Positions 37,652 through 47,898 of a stretch of DNA of 64,000 nucleotides are shown here, piece by piece (position 1 is the first letter of the stretch; each line of letters starts with the position of its first letter). The notes below the pieces were generated by a model, which saw only the letters and a program-made list of their open reading frames with translations, made no database searches and was not told the origin of the DNA. This DNA comes from Spirochaetia bacterium (GTDB lineage: Bacteria; Spirochaetota; Spirochaetia; SP-2023): NCBI GenBank assembly GCA_965225855.1, contig CBDDCK010000004.1:224001-288000 (forward strand), in the 5' to 3' direction. The position numbers and the translations under genes were made by a program.

Positions 37652-39667
37652 ATGGCAAATGCTTTTTCTACCTCGGTTAGTGTTTCTTCTACTGCTGTTT
37701 CACCTGATTGGCAATCTGAAGTGTTTCTAGCCAATTTCGAGCACAATTGTAAGGTCTTGCGTCCTAGGGCCCCTGAATTAGTGCAACAGTTGAAAGCATG
37801 CCCTTTCCCGCCTTCTGCTTCTGGGTCTAATTCTAGCCAAAATACTCAAGCTTCTACAGTCACCAGCCCAGCGGATTTGATGGCTGTAGAAGCAGCATCG
37901 ATTAGCGTGCAGCTTAGCCGAGACGGCCATTGGGTGCTGCACTTTCAAAATAAGCCTTTATATTCGCGCTACAGACCTATTGAAGAATGTAAAAAATGGA
38001 TTGGCAAAGATTTACATAAAGATACCAATTCGGCAATTTTTGCGGGTTTTGGCTTGGGTTATCAAATTGATGAATTTTTAAGCTGCCGTTCTAAGGCGTT
38101 GATTTTGGTTGTTGAATCCAGCTATGCTTTATTCAAAGCTGCATTGTGTTTGCGGCCACTGGAGCACTTATTGGGCAATCCGAAATTTTTTTGTTCGGTT
38201 GGGCCAGCGGCTAATTTGGAATTATACTTACATCACTTTTCCGAACGCAATTTCCAATTTTATCAGTTGCAGAGTTTGTTTCGTTTTCAAAGTAGTTTTT
38301 ATCAACCATTACAACGCCGCATCTTTAGTTTGCTCAGCCGTTTCCGTATCAACACCAATACGCTAAATCGTTTTGGTCAGCTTTGGGTAAAAAATATTGC
38401 TATGAATTTAAGTTCGGCAGCCAATGCAGCAGATGCAGGTTTTTTTTATCGGCGTTTTGAAGGGTTGCCTTTTTTGCTTCTTGCTGCAGGGCCATCGCTG
38501 GAAAGTTTGCTTACTATTTTGTCGCAATTGCGCGAGCGCTTTGTTTTATTGGTAGTCGATACCGCCCTTAGTGTAATTTTACAACAGGGTATTCAGCCAG
38601 ACTTTGTGATCAGCGTGGATCCACAATTATTAAATGCCCGGCATTTTGATTTTTGTGAAGCACCCAATTCTATTTTAGTTTCAGAATCATGTATTTATCC
38701 TTCCATTTTTGAGCATCGCTGGCGTTTTCATGCTTTATTTCATTCTAGCTTTCCTTTAATGGCTAGGTTAGAAGGGGCTTTGAAAACGGTTTCGGCTAAG
38801 TCACAATTGGCCCAAATTCGCAGTGGGGGGTCGGTGGCTACGGCAGCGTGGGATTTTGCCCGAAACTGTAAAGCTTCAGCTTTATATATTGCAGGCTTAG
38901 ACCTTTCTTATCCTACTTTGCGTTCCCATTGTTTGGGAACCATGTCACAACGCCAAAGCTTGATTCGTGGTAAACGCTTGCAACCAGTAGAACATTTGAA
39001 TTGGCGGGTTACGGTTTCTGCTGGAGTTGAGCGGGTTTATTCTTGGCAAGGGCTTACAGTGCTTAGCGATAAGCGTATGAATGTCTATCGCAATTGGCTT
39101 GAAGAGAGTTTGAACAATATTTCTGCGAATATGCCAGCTTGGCCCAATTATATTATTGACGGCTGTGCTGGCCGTGCTGCTCAAATTACAGGCATGAAGT
39201 TAATTCTTGTCGAGCAAGCTTTAAATGAAACAAAGTGCCGCAAGCAAATTAACCAACGCTTAGAAGCAATTCTTAAGCCTTTGGAAGCATTGGAGCCGCA
39301 AGGGCAGTGTGTTCTGTTGCTCAATGGTATTACCAATTTGCTTGGTGAAATTCGCGATATTTATCACTGGAGTGCAGAATTATTGATTTTGTTTTGTTAC
39401 AACCGGCGCAGTAACAGCCAAGAAAAGCGTTTGCGTGAACTACAGAATAATATTTCTCAATCGCCGAGTCGCAATATTGTTAGCTTCTTTTTTACCGATA
39501 CGCTCTCCCAAATTGTTGGACGCAGCCCCGAGCAAGAAGAGTCTAGTCAGTTAGAGCGCGACCGCCTAAAAATTTACCAACGTTTTTATCTAGCTAGTAA
39601 ATTCCATCTATATTGGTTAGAACATGCCCGGCGACAAGTGCTTGGTTTGTTAGAAGAATCTGAATAG
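37652..39667 (+). CDS. Motility-associated factor (Maf/DUF115) glycosyltransferase-family protein
   Basis: LYSRYRP, GFGLGY, AAGPSL, VVDTA, PDFVISVDPQ, GGSVA, GLDLSY. Confidence 0.85.
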   Translation: MANAFSTSVSVSSTAVSPDWQSEVFLANFEHNCKVLRPRAPELVQQLKACPFPPSASGSNSSQNTQASTVTSPADLMAVEAASISVQLSRDGHWVLHFQNKPLYSRYRPIEECKKWIGKDLHKDTNSAIFAGFGLGYQIDEFLSCRSKALILVVESSYALFKAALCLRPLEHLLGNPKFFCSVGPAANLELYLHHFSERNFQFYQLQSLFRFQSSFYQPLQRRIFSLLSRFRINTNTLNRFGQLWVKNIAMNLSSAANAADAGFFYRRFEGLPFLLLAAGPSLESLLTILSQLRERFVLLVVDTALSVILQQGIQPDFVISVDPQLLNARHFDFCEAPNSILVSESCIYPSIFEHRWRFHALFHSSFPLMARLEGALKTVSAKSQLAQIRSGGSVATAAWDFARNCKASALYIAGLDLSYPTLRSHCLGTMSQRQSLIRGKRLQPVEHLNWRVTVSAGVERVYSWQGLTVLSDKRMNVYRNWLEESLNNISANMPAWPNYIIDGCAGRAAQITGMKLILVEQALNETKCRKQINQRLEAILKPLEALEPQGQCVLLLNGITNLLGEIRDIYHWSAELLILFCYNRRSNSQEKRLRELQNNISQSPSRNIVSFFFTDTLSQIVGRSPEQEESSQLERDRLKIYQRFYLASKFHLYWLEHARRQVLGLLEESE

Positions 39668-39745
39668 TGCTTGTTCTATTACATAAAAACTCATTAAATT
39701 AGTTGCTTGTTCGCACAATAAATCATTTAAAATGGGAAAAATCAA

Positions 39746-40405
39746 TCATTGCCTAGGTCTGCGAATCTCTTCAAGAAAAGAATATAAAGCATTCTTGGAT
39801 ATATCATAGTAAGCACAAACTTGTTCATTAGATTTTTTTATCAAGAACACACCGCGCTCATCGAGATAGCGAATACCTGTATACTTTTCTTCTTTGTTCA
39901 TCAGGGAGCTTGGCTTGCCCACATAGTCCATAGATTCTTGAATTAAATCCGTTAACAGCGAACCTATATCGCTAGCAAAAAATTCTTTCGTTTTGGACTC
40001 TACATGTACAGGATTGAGACCCATTAAACTACGAAGGCTGTTCTCTGCAATTAAAAGCTGGGAAATATCCAGATTGATACACAAAGAGCCAATTATCTGT
40101 TCGTTGGAATTCCTAAAATAAACGGAAGAGCTGCGCAGAGTTTTGCCGGTTGCGGTTTTCGTTATATAGTTAATCTCATCACCGCTTTCTGGTACCAGAT
40201 TGCGCAAAAATTCCAAGCCTTTGTTGGTGCTGGGATCACCGACTTTTCTTCCAGTTATATGGCCGTTGCGAATGGTAATAATACTGTGTTCATATGGCAT
40301 ACCTTTAAGATCATGCAAGACGATTTCGCAGGAATCCCCAAGAGTTCCCGCCAGAGCGTCCATAATTTTGTCGAAGACATCTCGTAATTCTGCTATGTTT
40401 TCCAT
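39746..40405 (-). CDS. YheO/DauR-type PAS-HTH transcriptional regulator
   Basis: CEIVLHD, NGHITGRKVGD, LRSSS, LCINLD, LDERGVFLIK. Confidence 0.92.
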   Translation of the reverse strand: MENIAELRDVFDKIMDALAGTLGDSCEIVLHDLKGMPYEHSIITIRNGHITGRKVGDPSTNKGLEFLRNLVPESGDEINYITKTATGKTLRSSSVYFRNSNEQIIGSLCINLDISQLLIAENSLRSLMGLNPVHVESKTKEFFASDIGSLLTDLIQESMDYVGKPSSLMNKEEKYTGIRYLDERGVFLIKKSNEQVCAYYDISKNALYSFLEEIRRPRQ

Positions 40406-40520
40406 ATTATCTCACCTATGACTTTCCCGATTTTATGATAGCCTTTTTCTCAAAAACATTTTCAAGCTCTATCCCAATCCCTACTTAGCAATTCATTAAG
40501 CTAGGTAATTAACACTAAAA

Positions 40521-40571
40521 ATAGAGAAATACAATTTTATTGGGCTCACTAATAAAATTGTATTTCTCTAT
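40521..40571. terminator. 21-bp perfect inverted repeat after the solute-binding protein gene
   Basis: atagagaaatacaattttatt, 9-nt loop, aataaaattgtatttctctat. Confidence 0.7.
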
Positions 40572-40582
40572 AACAAGCTTGC

Positions 40583-41851
40583 CTATAGAGCTTTTTCCAG
40601 CTCTTGTTGCAATTGGCGCAAGACATAATCAATCGGTTTATCATCGAGTATGAGGCTTTGCAAAGCGTTGATTACAGAAGCTTGATAAGCTATAAAATCA
40701 CGGAATTTAGGCTCTCCTTTACTGTCATTTAAAACGCTGATAAAAGACTGGTAATAAGGGTCTGAAGCATATAGTTTCTGTGAATCTGCATCATTGCGAA
40801 TCATTAGCAAACCATCAGACTGTTCATAAGGGAATTGAAATTCCGGGCTGATGAGAATCCGCCCAAACTCTGCCCCCATATCGGGATTTTTTGAATCTTT
40901 AAAAACTACCAGACTGTCCACCAAAACTTGAATAGCCGAAACTCCTAAACTACCATGAGGCAGCTCGGTCAACTTCCAATTGACTTGATTGATAACATCA
41001 CGATTTCGGGTGCCCGTGTTAACAATGAACATACCGACTTGAGCATTGCCAAAAATTGCCCGAAAATCCCTTTGTTGATAAGCCGCCATTCCGGGCACGG
41101 AAAATGGTTTTAGTTGCTGGAATAACTCCAAAACCTCCCACAAGTTCGGGTTATTTTCTACATAGACGGCATTATCTTTAATCAGAGTACCACCGTTAGC
41201 ATAGAGAAAATTGATTAAATTAAAAACCACGGTGTCATCACCTGTTTTGAGAGCCATGCCATAACCGGGAATACCCGTACTTTCTTGAATCGCCTGCGCG
41301 ATACGCACTAAATCCGAAAAGGTTTTCGGTGGGGTTTCTATTCCGGCCTGAACCAATAAATCTTCATTGTACAGCAAAGCCCGGGAACTCATCGCTCTGG
41401 GGAAACCCCAATATTCAGTACTATACTTTACGGCATCGAGAACAGAGCGAAAAAAGCTATTTTCATCTGCAAAGGTTATTGGGACCAGTAAATCTTGAGA
41501 CACAAATTGGGGAATAGTGCGAGAACCGACTTGGGCTATCTCAGGCGCATTGCCAGCGGCCACATCTTGCATTACCTGCTGCTGGGAAACAGACCAGGGT
41601 AAAGTCTCTGCTTGGACCTTAAAGTTCGGAAATTGCTCTTCAAAGGCGGCAATAGCTTCATTCGTCATGGCATTCAGTTTATCACCACTCTGAACATAAC
41701 GAATAGTCTGTATCTCCGGTTGCTTTTGCTTGGGTGCACAGGCCATTGCCAAAGCTGCGAAAATAGTTAGGATATAAACTAATACTTTCTGCCATAGTTT
41801 CTGAATATTGGGCACAACAGCTATTTTCAGATTAAATTTTAGGATATTCAT
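40583..41851 (-). CDS. Carbohydrate ABC transporter substrate-binding lipoprotein
   Basis: Lipobox AMA-C; AAGNAPEIAQ, WGFP, LLYNEDL..AGIETPPKT; AGGAGG RBS. Confidence 0.9.
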   Translation of the reverse strand: MNILKFNLKIAVVPNIQKLWQKVLVYILTIFAALAMACAPKQKQPEIQTIRYVQSGDKLNAMTNEAIAAFEEQFPNFKVQAETLPWSVSQQQVMQDVAAGNAPEIAQVGSRTIPQFVSQDLLVPITFADENSFFRSVLDAVKYSTEYWGFPRAMSSRALLYNEDLLVQAGIETPPKTFSDLVRIAQAIQESTGIPGYGMALKTGDDTVVFNLINFLYANGGTLIKDNAVYVENNPNLWEVLELFQQLKPFSVPGMAAYQQRDFRAIFGNAQVGMFIVNTGTRNRDVINQVNWKLTELPHGSLGVSAIQVLVDSLVVFKDSKNPDMGAEFGRILISPEFQFPYEQSDGLLMIRNDADSQKLYASDPYYQSFISVLNDSKGEPKFRDFIAYQASVINALQSLILDDKPIDYVLRQLQQELEKAL

Positions 41852-41864
41852 AGTAAACCTCCTG

Positions 41865-42725
41865 TTATCCTTTAATACTGCCAGATATACCTTCCACGAT
41901 ATATTTCTGCATAAATAAAAATAATAAGATTATTGGCAAACTAGCAACGAGCGATGCCGCCATAAGCTCATTCCATAAGACGTCTTGTCTACCAAAAAAA
42001 GCGTATAAACCTTGAGTGATCGGCATCAGCTCTTGCCTTCGGTTGAATGTAATTGCAAAAGCAAATTGTTGCGCATAAGCTGCAATAAAGGTTCGAGTTC
42101 CCAAAACTACCAGAAAAGGGAGTAAATTGGGAAGTATCACTAGAGTAAGTATCTGGAATGTATTCGCTCCATCGCTGTGAGCTGCTTGGTCTAGCTCACA
42201 GGGCAATTGCTCCAAATACGTTCTTAGTAGCCATATATTAACGGGTAAAAGGGAAATACTACCAACAAGAATCATTGGCCAGTAAGTATTTAGCAATCTT
42301 AACTGTTGGAACATCTGATATAAAGGTATCAATAATAATACACCAGAAATCATAGACAAGGAAAGTAATAGCATTTGGGCGGCTTCTTTGTGCCGGAAAT
42401 CAAAACGAGAAAACACATATGCAGCCGGTATACCAAGGAATAAATTAAATAAAGTTACACTTAGGCCAAGGAACAAACTATTCGCCATATAACGCCCCAA
42501 ATTGGGAACAGTCTGCCAAATATTTTGATAATTTTCCCAGTGAAATATCGTAGGCAAAAGCCGATAGGGAAATGTTTTGGCTTCAGCAAGGGATTTGAGT
42601 GAGACAAAAAACATCTCAACAAATGGCAAAAGCATAAACCCGAGAAAAATAAAGCGACCAATGATCACAGCGACAGTTTCGCCTTTATTTAAGCGATTGT
42701 AATTAGCAAGAGTAGATTTAGGCAT
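41865..42725 (-). CDS. Carbohydrate ABC transporter permease (MalG-like)
   Basis: NSL, PAAYVFSRFDF, EAA-like loop (ELDQAAHSDGAN), FLFMQKYIVEG. Confidence 0.92.
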   Translation of the reverse strand: MPKSTLANYNRLNKGETVAVIIGRFIFLGFMLLPFVEMFFVSLKSLAEAKTFPYRLLPTIFHWENYQNIWQTVPNLGRYMANSLFLGLSVTLFNLFLGIPAAYVFSRFDFRHKEAAQMLLLSLSMISGVLLLIPLYQMFQQLRLLNTYWPMILVGSISLLPVNIWLLRTYLEQLPCELDQAAHSDGANTFQILTLVILPNLLPFLVVLGTRTFIAAYAQQFAFAITFNRRQELMPITQGLYAFFGRQDVLWNELMAASLVASLPIILLFLFMQKYIVEGISGSIKG

Positions 42726-43590
42726 ATTTCTGTCCTCTCTTCTTGATACCTAAATAAATAGCAACTAATAGAAATAATAAAAAGCTCATAACAACACTTT
42801 GGGCAGCACCTAAGCCTAAGTCAAAACGCTTAATAGAAGTGCGATAAGCCAAAATGGGTAAAGTGGTTGTGCCGTCACTGGGCCCCCCTTGCGTCATGAT
42901 CCAAATCACATCAAAGGAATTAAACGTAAAAATGGTAGTTACCGCAGCCAGTGAGAAAATTGCCGGTAGAATTTGTGGCAAAACTACATAACGTATTTTC
43001 TGCAAGCGCGTTGTTCCTTCGATAACAGCCGCTTCTAACGAGTCAATAGGAACGGATTCCAAAGCAGCAATCAAAAAAATGGTAATGAGTGGTACACCCG
43101 CCCAAACATCTACCAATAGCACCGATAATAGCGCGGGATTGCGCGAACCCAGAAACTCAAAAGGCTCTGCAATAAGCGATAAATTTTGTAGCCCATTGCT
43201 AATCAAACCAAATTGTCCATTTAAAAGCCACGTCCAAACAATCGCACTGATGGTTAAGGGCATGACCCATGGAGGAAGCACTAAAGCCCGGTAAACCCCT
43301 CGCAAACCTAAAGGAACATTGAGTAATAAAGCTCCCCCAAGGCCGAGACCAATTTTTAGGGAGACTCCAGATATTGTCCATAGCATGGTTCTCTGTAACA
43401 CCGGCCAGAACTTACCATCAAACAGAAATTCGCGATAATTGGCTAGCCCGATAAAATCAATATTCTTACCAATAGAGGCATTGGTAAAGGAAAGCCGAAT
43501 CAATTGGAACAAAGGAAAAATAAAAATAAACAAGAGCGCCAAAACACTTGGTAGCAACAGCAAAAATAATGTTTGTTTATGTATCTTCAT
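42718..43590 (-). CDS. Carbohydrate ABC transporter permease (MalF-like)
   Basis: FIGLANY, EAAVIEGT, FDVIWIMTQGGP. Confidence 0.92.
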   Translation of the reverse strand: MKIHKQTLFLLLLPSVLALLFIFIFPLFQLIRLSFTNASIGKNIDFIGLANYREFLFDGKFWPVLQRTMLWTISGVSLKIGLGLGGALLLNVPLGLRGVYRALVLPPWVMPLTISAIVWTWLLNGQFGLISNGLQNLSLIAEPFEFLGSRNPALLSVLLVDVWAGVPLITIFLIAALESVPIDSLEAAVIEGTTRLQKIRYVVLPQILPAIFSLAAVTTIFTFNSFDVIWIMTQGGPSDGTTTLPILAYRTSIKRFDLGLGAAQSVVMSFLLFLLVAIYLGIKKRGQKYA

Positions 43591-43673
43591 TTTTTATATA
43601 TTCCTGATAGCAAGTAAGGCTCTCCTAAAAAAATTAAGGCAAGCATTGCCCTGATAATTGAATTACTTGGCCA

Positions 43674-44063
43674 TTACTTAGGCTTGGCCGCCCACATCTC
43701 AATTTCTATTTGAAACGTATAAAGCAAACCTGCCTGCACGGTAGTACGACAGGGTAGAGGTTGCTTAAAATAACTAATATACACTTCATTGAAGCGGGGC
43801 CATAGTTCCAAATCGGTAAGATATATATTCACCTTGAAGACATCATCAAGGCTGCAATTTGCATAACCGAGCTGCTTGATACAATTTTCCATAGTAAAGC
43901 GAGTTTGCTCTTCGATGGTATCGCCAATAATATTTCCATCTAGGTCTATGGGTGTTTGTCCTGAAATAAGCACTAATTTAGATGCATCTACTTCCAGAAC
44001 CGGAGAATAGGGACCCGCAGTGGAATGTTGTATAGCTCCTACCGGTATTTTTTTAGTGGACAC
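43674..44063 (-). CDS. RidA/YjgF-family imine deaminase
   Basis: GPYS, ISGQTP, FNEVY, PCR, IEIE. Confidence 0.92.
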   Translation of the reverse strand: MSTKKIPVGAIQHSTAGPYSPVLEVDASKLVLISGQTPIDLDGNIIGDTIEEQTRFTMENCIKQLGYANCSLDDVFKVNIYLTDLELWPRFNEVYISYFKQPLPCRTTVQAGLLYTFQIEIEMWAAKPK

Positions 44064-44210
44064 GTTCCAACTCCTTATAAAATGATTGTTTATTTGTTTT
44101 AATATTTATAAATATTTAAGAATTCATCTCAATCATAATCTTATTTATATGTAGATCAAAAATCTTACAGAAAATCACTTAGCCATCAATTCATAAAGTA
44201 GTTTAGTTGA

Positions 44211-45491
44211 TCAAGATAGATTCACCATTAATTCCGATATCCATGGATTCATAGTAATAAAAATATAAATAACAAGAAAAACCACAATAAAAAAGAATGC
44301 ATACTTCATAATATAAATTGTTTTGGCCCCAGAAATAGCCTGACCAATAAATAAATTCACTCCCACTGGCGGAGTAACTGCCCCGAGCATAGCCCCTAAA
44401 GTTAAAATAATACCGAAATGAATAGGACTAACTCCCATATTTACCAATATAGGAAGGAATAACGGCGTGAAAATCAAAATCAATGGGGTAGCATCCATAA
44501 ACATGCCGGAAACAGTAATTAAACAAACGAACAAGAGCATCATCACAGATGAATTTTGCGTAATAGATGTAGCCCAAGCCCCAATTTGCTGGGGCACCTG
44601 ATTCAAAGTCAAAAGGCGTCCCAAAACGCTGGCAAAAGGAACAATAATAATAATAGAGCCCAAAGTTCTAATTGTCTTAGCAAATATTTCAAATAAGTCT
44701 CGAAATTTTATTTCTCTATGAATAAATAAACCCACAATTAAGGAATAAACCGTAGCAATAACCGCTGCTTCTGTTGCAGTAAACACACCGGTATAAATTC
44801 CTCCTAAGACGAGAACAGGTGAAAAGAGTGCCCATTTAGCATGCCAAAAGGAAGAACGAATATTATTCCAACTAAATACAGATTCTTTCTCTGGCATATC
44901 AATTCTATTAATTATTGCATAAACTGTATTTACAATAATCAGACCCGCTGCCAAAATTAAGCCGGGTAAAAAACCAGCCAAGAACATACTCGCTACCGAG
45001 ATTTCTGCAGTGATGGCATAAATAATCATAACGATAGAAGGAGGGATCATCGCTCCAAGAGTCCCGGAGACTGCCGACAGTGCCCCAGAATACCCTTTAG
45101 GGTAATTTCTTTTTATCATTTCCGGGGCTAACATTCCGCCTATTGCCGCAGTCGTAGCACTCGCAGAGCCACTGATCGCTCCAAAAAACGTACAGGACAG
45201 GATATTAATCGAACCCAAGCTGCCAGGCATCTTCAATAGCAAACTCGAAGAAAAATTAACAATACGTCTCGAAAGGCCACCGGTCTCCATTAAGTTCCCT
45301 ACCAAAAGAAATAAAGGCACCGCTATATAAGCAAAATTGTTCAGACTTGAAAATGCCGTTTGCGGAATAATAGATAAAGGAACTCCTGTTAAAAGGCATA
45401 AGGCAAATACTCCAATGCCCATCGAAATTGCAATAGGAATATTCGCAAAAGATAAAAGTATAAACAAAATAAACGTGGCGACAATTTCCAT
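44211..45491 (-). CDS. dctM: TRAP transporter large permease
   Basis: AVPLFLLVG, FGAISGS, IPPS, TATEAA, TPPVG. Confidence 0.93.
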   Translation of the reverse strand: MEIVATFILFILLSFANIPIAISMGIGVFALCLLTGVPLSIIPQTAFSSLNNFAYIAVPLFLLVGNLMETGGLSRRIVNFSSSLLLKMPGSLGSINILSCTFFGAISGSASATTAAIGGMLAPEMIKRNYPKGYSGALSAVSGTLGAMIPPSIVMIIYAITAEISVASMFLAGFLPGLILAAGLIIVNTVYAIINRIDMPEKESVFSWNNIRSSFWHAKWALFSPVLVLGGIYTGVFTATEAAVIATVYSLIVGLFIHREIKFRDLFEIFAKTIRTLGSIIIIVPFASVLGRLLTLNQVPQQIGAWATSITQNSSVMMLLFVCLITVSGMFMDATPLILIFTPLFLPILVNMGVSPIHFGIILTLGAMLGAVTPPVGVNLFIGQAISGAKTIYIMKYAFFFIVVFLVIYIFITMNPWISELMVNLS

Positions 45492-45511
45492 TTTTACAAA
45501 CTCTCGAATAA

Positions 45512-45991
45512 TCAAGCAATAAATGATTTTGCTTTACTGTCTTTTTGTATGCTAAAAAGCTGCATAAAATAACGGGCAGCCATTAAAAAATATAAAAGCG
45601 CTTGTATCGCATACAAAAAGAATACCGGCAAACGTAAAGCCGGGCTTACCTGGCCAACATTAAAAGCATTCATCAATGGGAATACAGAGTAAATGGCCAC
45701 AAAAAGGGTAAATAACATACCCAACAAATTAACTATATTTTCTGTTATATGGGAAACTTTTTTATTTTTGATTAACAATTCCAGAAATTCGATTCGGATC
45801 ATAGTTTTATTTTTAATTGCAATAGATGTTGCTAACCCAACCATAAAAATATAAGTGAAACGCGAAAGTTCTTCAGACCAAGCAAGAGGGAGATTCAAAG
45901 CAAAGCGAAAAATGACCTGCGAAAATGTTACTAGAACAAGAATCGCCAAAAGCAAAACGCTGATTATCATATCAATTTCTTTTGCCTTCAT
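45512..45991 (-). CDS. dctQ: TRAP transporter small permease
   Basis: QVIFRF…WSEELSR; four TM helices. Confidence 0.92.
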   Translation of the reverse strand: MKAKEIDMIISVLLLAILVLVTFSQVIFRFALNLPLAWSEELSRFTYIFMVGLATSIAIKNKTMIRIEFLELLIKNKKVSHITENIVNLLGMLFTLFVAIYSVFPLMNAFNVGQVSPALRLPVFFLYAIQALLYFLMAARYFMQLFSIQKDSKAKSFIA

Positions 45992-46018
45992 AATCCCTCT
46001 ATGTTGGTAATCGGTAAA

Positions 46019-47035
46019 TTAAAGCCCCAATTCTTTTTTCAACACGGCAAAGAGTTTCGGGTTGACCTCTTTGCCAAATTTCTCAATAACGGGATAGCCT
46101 TTTAAGAATAACTCGTTTTTGGTTTTGTCGCTAACCTCGTTAATTTCGACCATACCACTATTTATTAGAAGATCGCGAGATTTTTGCTCTTCGCGCACCC
46201 ATTCTTTCTTCATGTAATTCTGACTGATTTTAACACCTTCTTGCAAAACTTTTCGGTGTTCTGGAGCTAAAGAATCGTAATAATTCTTACTCATGGTAAA
46301 AACAACAAGCGAAGCAATATCGGAACTTAGCGAGATATACTTCTGAACTTCCTGAAATTTGTTGGTATAAATGGTTGTCAGCGGGTTAAATTGCCCATCA
46401 ACAACGCCTTGCTGTAAAGCGGAAAATAATTCTGTAAAGGACATTGGCACCGGATTGGCCCCTACCGCGCGATAAAATTCCAGTAGCAAAGGGTTTTGTA
46501 CGGTGCGTAATTTAATCCCTTTTAAATCCGCAGCATTCACAATCGGCCTTTTACTGTTGGAAATATTGGTAAAACCCATTATGCCAAAACCAAGACCTTT
46601 TAACCCAGATTTTTCCAGTGTTGCCAACAGTTCTTTACCAAATTGACCTTCCAATAGACGATCGACATCTTTCTGATTTTTAAACAAATAAGGAGCAGAA
46701 AAAAGCGTAAAACTTTTCTCAAAATTCGATAACGCAGAAGTTCCAGTAGGGTTCATCTGCACAATACCTTGCTGAATTAATTCAATAACTTCTTTGTCAT
46801 CACCCAATTGATTGGCAGGAAATATTTGTACATCAAAAGCACCATTCGTATTTTCTTCGACATACTTAGCCAACAAGTGATAGGACTTTGTTGAGTAATG
46901 GGACTCTGGCAAACCGCTGGCAATTTTGAATACAGCCGTTTTATTGCCCCCTTTATTCCCAGTTGCAAAAACAGCTTGGGCCATAAATCCCGAGATAAAC
47001 AAAATTACCCCTAGAAAAACAATATATTTTTTCAT
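46019..47035 (-). CDS. dctP: TRAP transporter substrate-binding protein
   Basis: FPANQLG, DLKGIKLR, ELFSALQQGVVDG; signal peptide from ATG 47035. Confidence 0.93.
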   Translation of the reverse strand: MKKYIVFLGVILFISGFMAQAVFATGNKGGNKTAVFKIASGLPESHYSTKSYHLLAKYVEENTNGAFDVQIFPANQLGDDKEVIELIQQGIVQMNPTGTSALSNFEKSFTLFSAPYLFKNQKDVDRLLEGQFGKELLATLEKSGLKGLGFGIMGFTNISNSKRPIVNAADLKGIKLRTVQNPLLLEFYRAVGANPVPMSFTELFSALQQGVVDGQFNPLTTIYTNKFQEVQKYISLSSDIASLVVFTMSKNYYDSLAPEHRKVLQEGVKISQNYMKKEWVREEQKSRDLLINSGMVEINEVSDKTKNELFLKGYPVIEKFGKEVNPKLFAVLKKELGL

Positions 47036-47130
47036 ATAAAACTCCCTTATAAAACCTATATAGGTTTTGTCGCAATAAAATTTTCCCTCTCCCTTTTCGT
47101 ATCTCAATAGAGATTTTTACAAATTGCTTA

Positions 47131-47898
47131 TTACCTCCTTTCTAGTTGATTAATATTATGGAGTAAAGATTTTAAGCCTGCCATAGCCACCTTGAAAATT
47201 TTCTCGCCCTTTGCGCGACTAGCATTAGCGGTTAGGCCGTAGGTTCCATCTTCAGTCATCTCTTTGAAACTGCGCAATAAATTGACCGGGGAACCTTGCA
47301 ACAAATCCCCTCTAGCTTCAGGTAAGGGAATCTGCGGTGTAGCTCCCGAGCTTCTGTCCGCATAATTTACTAGGTCTTGCTGTAAATATTCCATTAGAGA
47401 AAACTCAAATTCTGCCGCATGGCCATTGCCTATAAAGCCAGATTCTTTTAAGGCCTCCAATTCTGCAACGCAAAGTTTCCACCATGAAGTACCCATAATA
47501 TTCAGATGCTTGTGTTTATTTCCCAACTTTTCTACACATAACTGCATGAGAGCCTGATTGCCACCATGGCTGTTGAAAATTAATATATTATAGTAACCTT
47601 GAGCTACTACGGACTCGACAATATCACAAATATAGAGTATTAAAGCCTCATGGGAAACGGTCAGACTGCCTGGAAAATCCATGTGATGTTGTGAATAACC
47701 TATTTTAATTTGAGGCAATATCAAGACTTGCTCTCGATAGCAGCGGTTCAATTCCAAGCAAAGTTGCCAACCAATTAGGTTATCCACACAGACAGGCAAA
47801 GCCGGCCCATGTTGTTCAATGGACGCAACCGGCAGTATCACCGCTGTATTTTGGGGAATTTCTTTATGCTGTAATGATGTTAAATCTTGCCACAACAT
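47131..47898 (-). CDS. Creatininase/amidohydrolase-family protein
   Basis: EQHGPALP..D, HHMDFPGS, NSHGGN, HAAEFE. Confidence 0.92.
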   Translation of the reverse strand: MLWQDLTSLQHKEIPQNTAVILPVASIEQHGPALPVCVDNLIGWQLCLELNRCYREQVLILPQIKIGYSQHHMDFPGSLTVSHEALILYICDIVESVVAQGYYNILIFNSHGGNQALMQLCVEKLGNKHKHLNIMGTSWWKLCVAELEALKESGFIGNGHAAEFEFSLMEYLQQDLVNYADRSSGATPQIPLPEARGDLLQGSPVNLLRSFKEMTEDGTYGLTANASRAKGEKIFKVAMAGLKSLLHNINQLERR

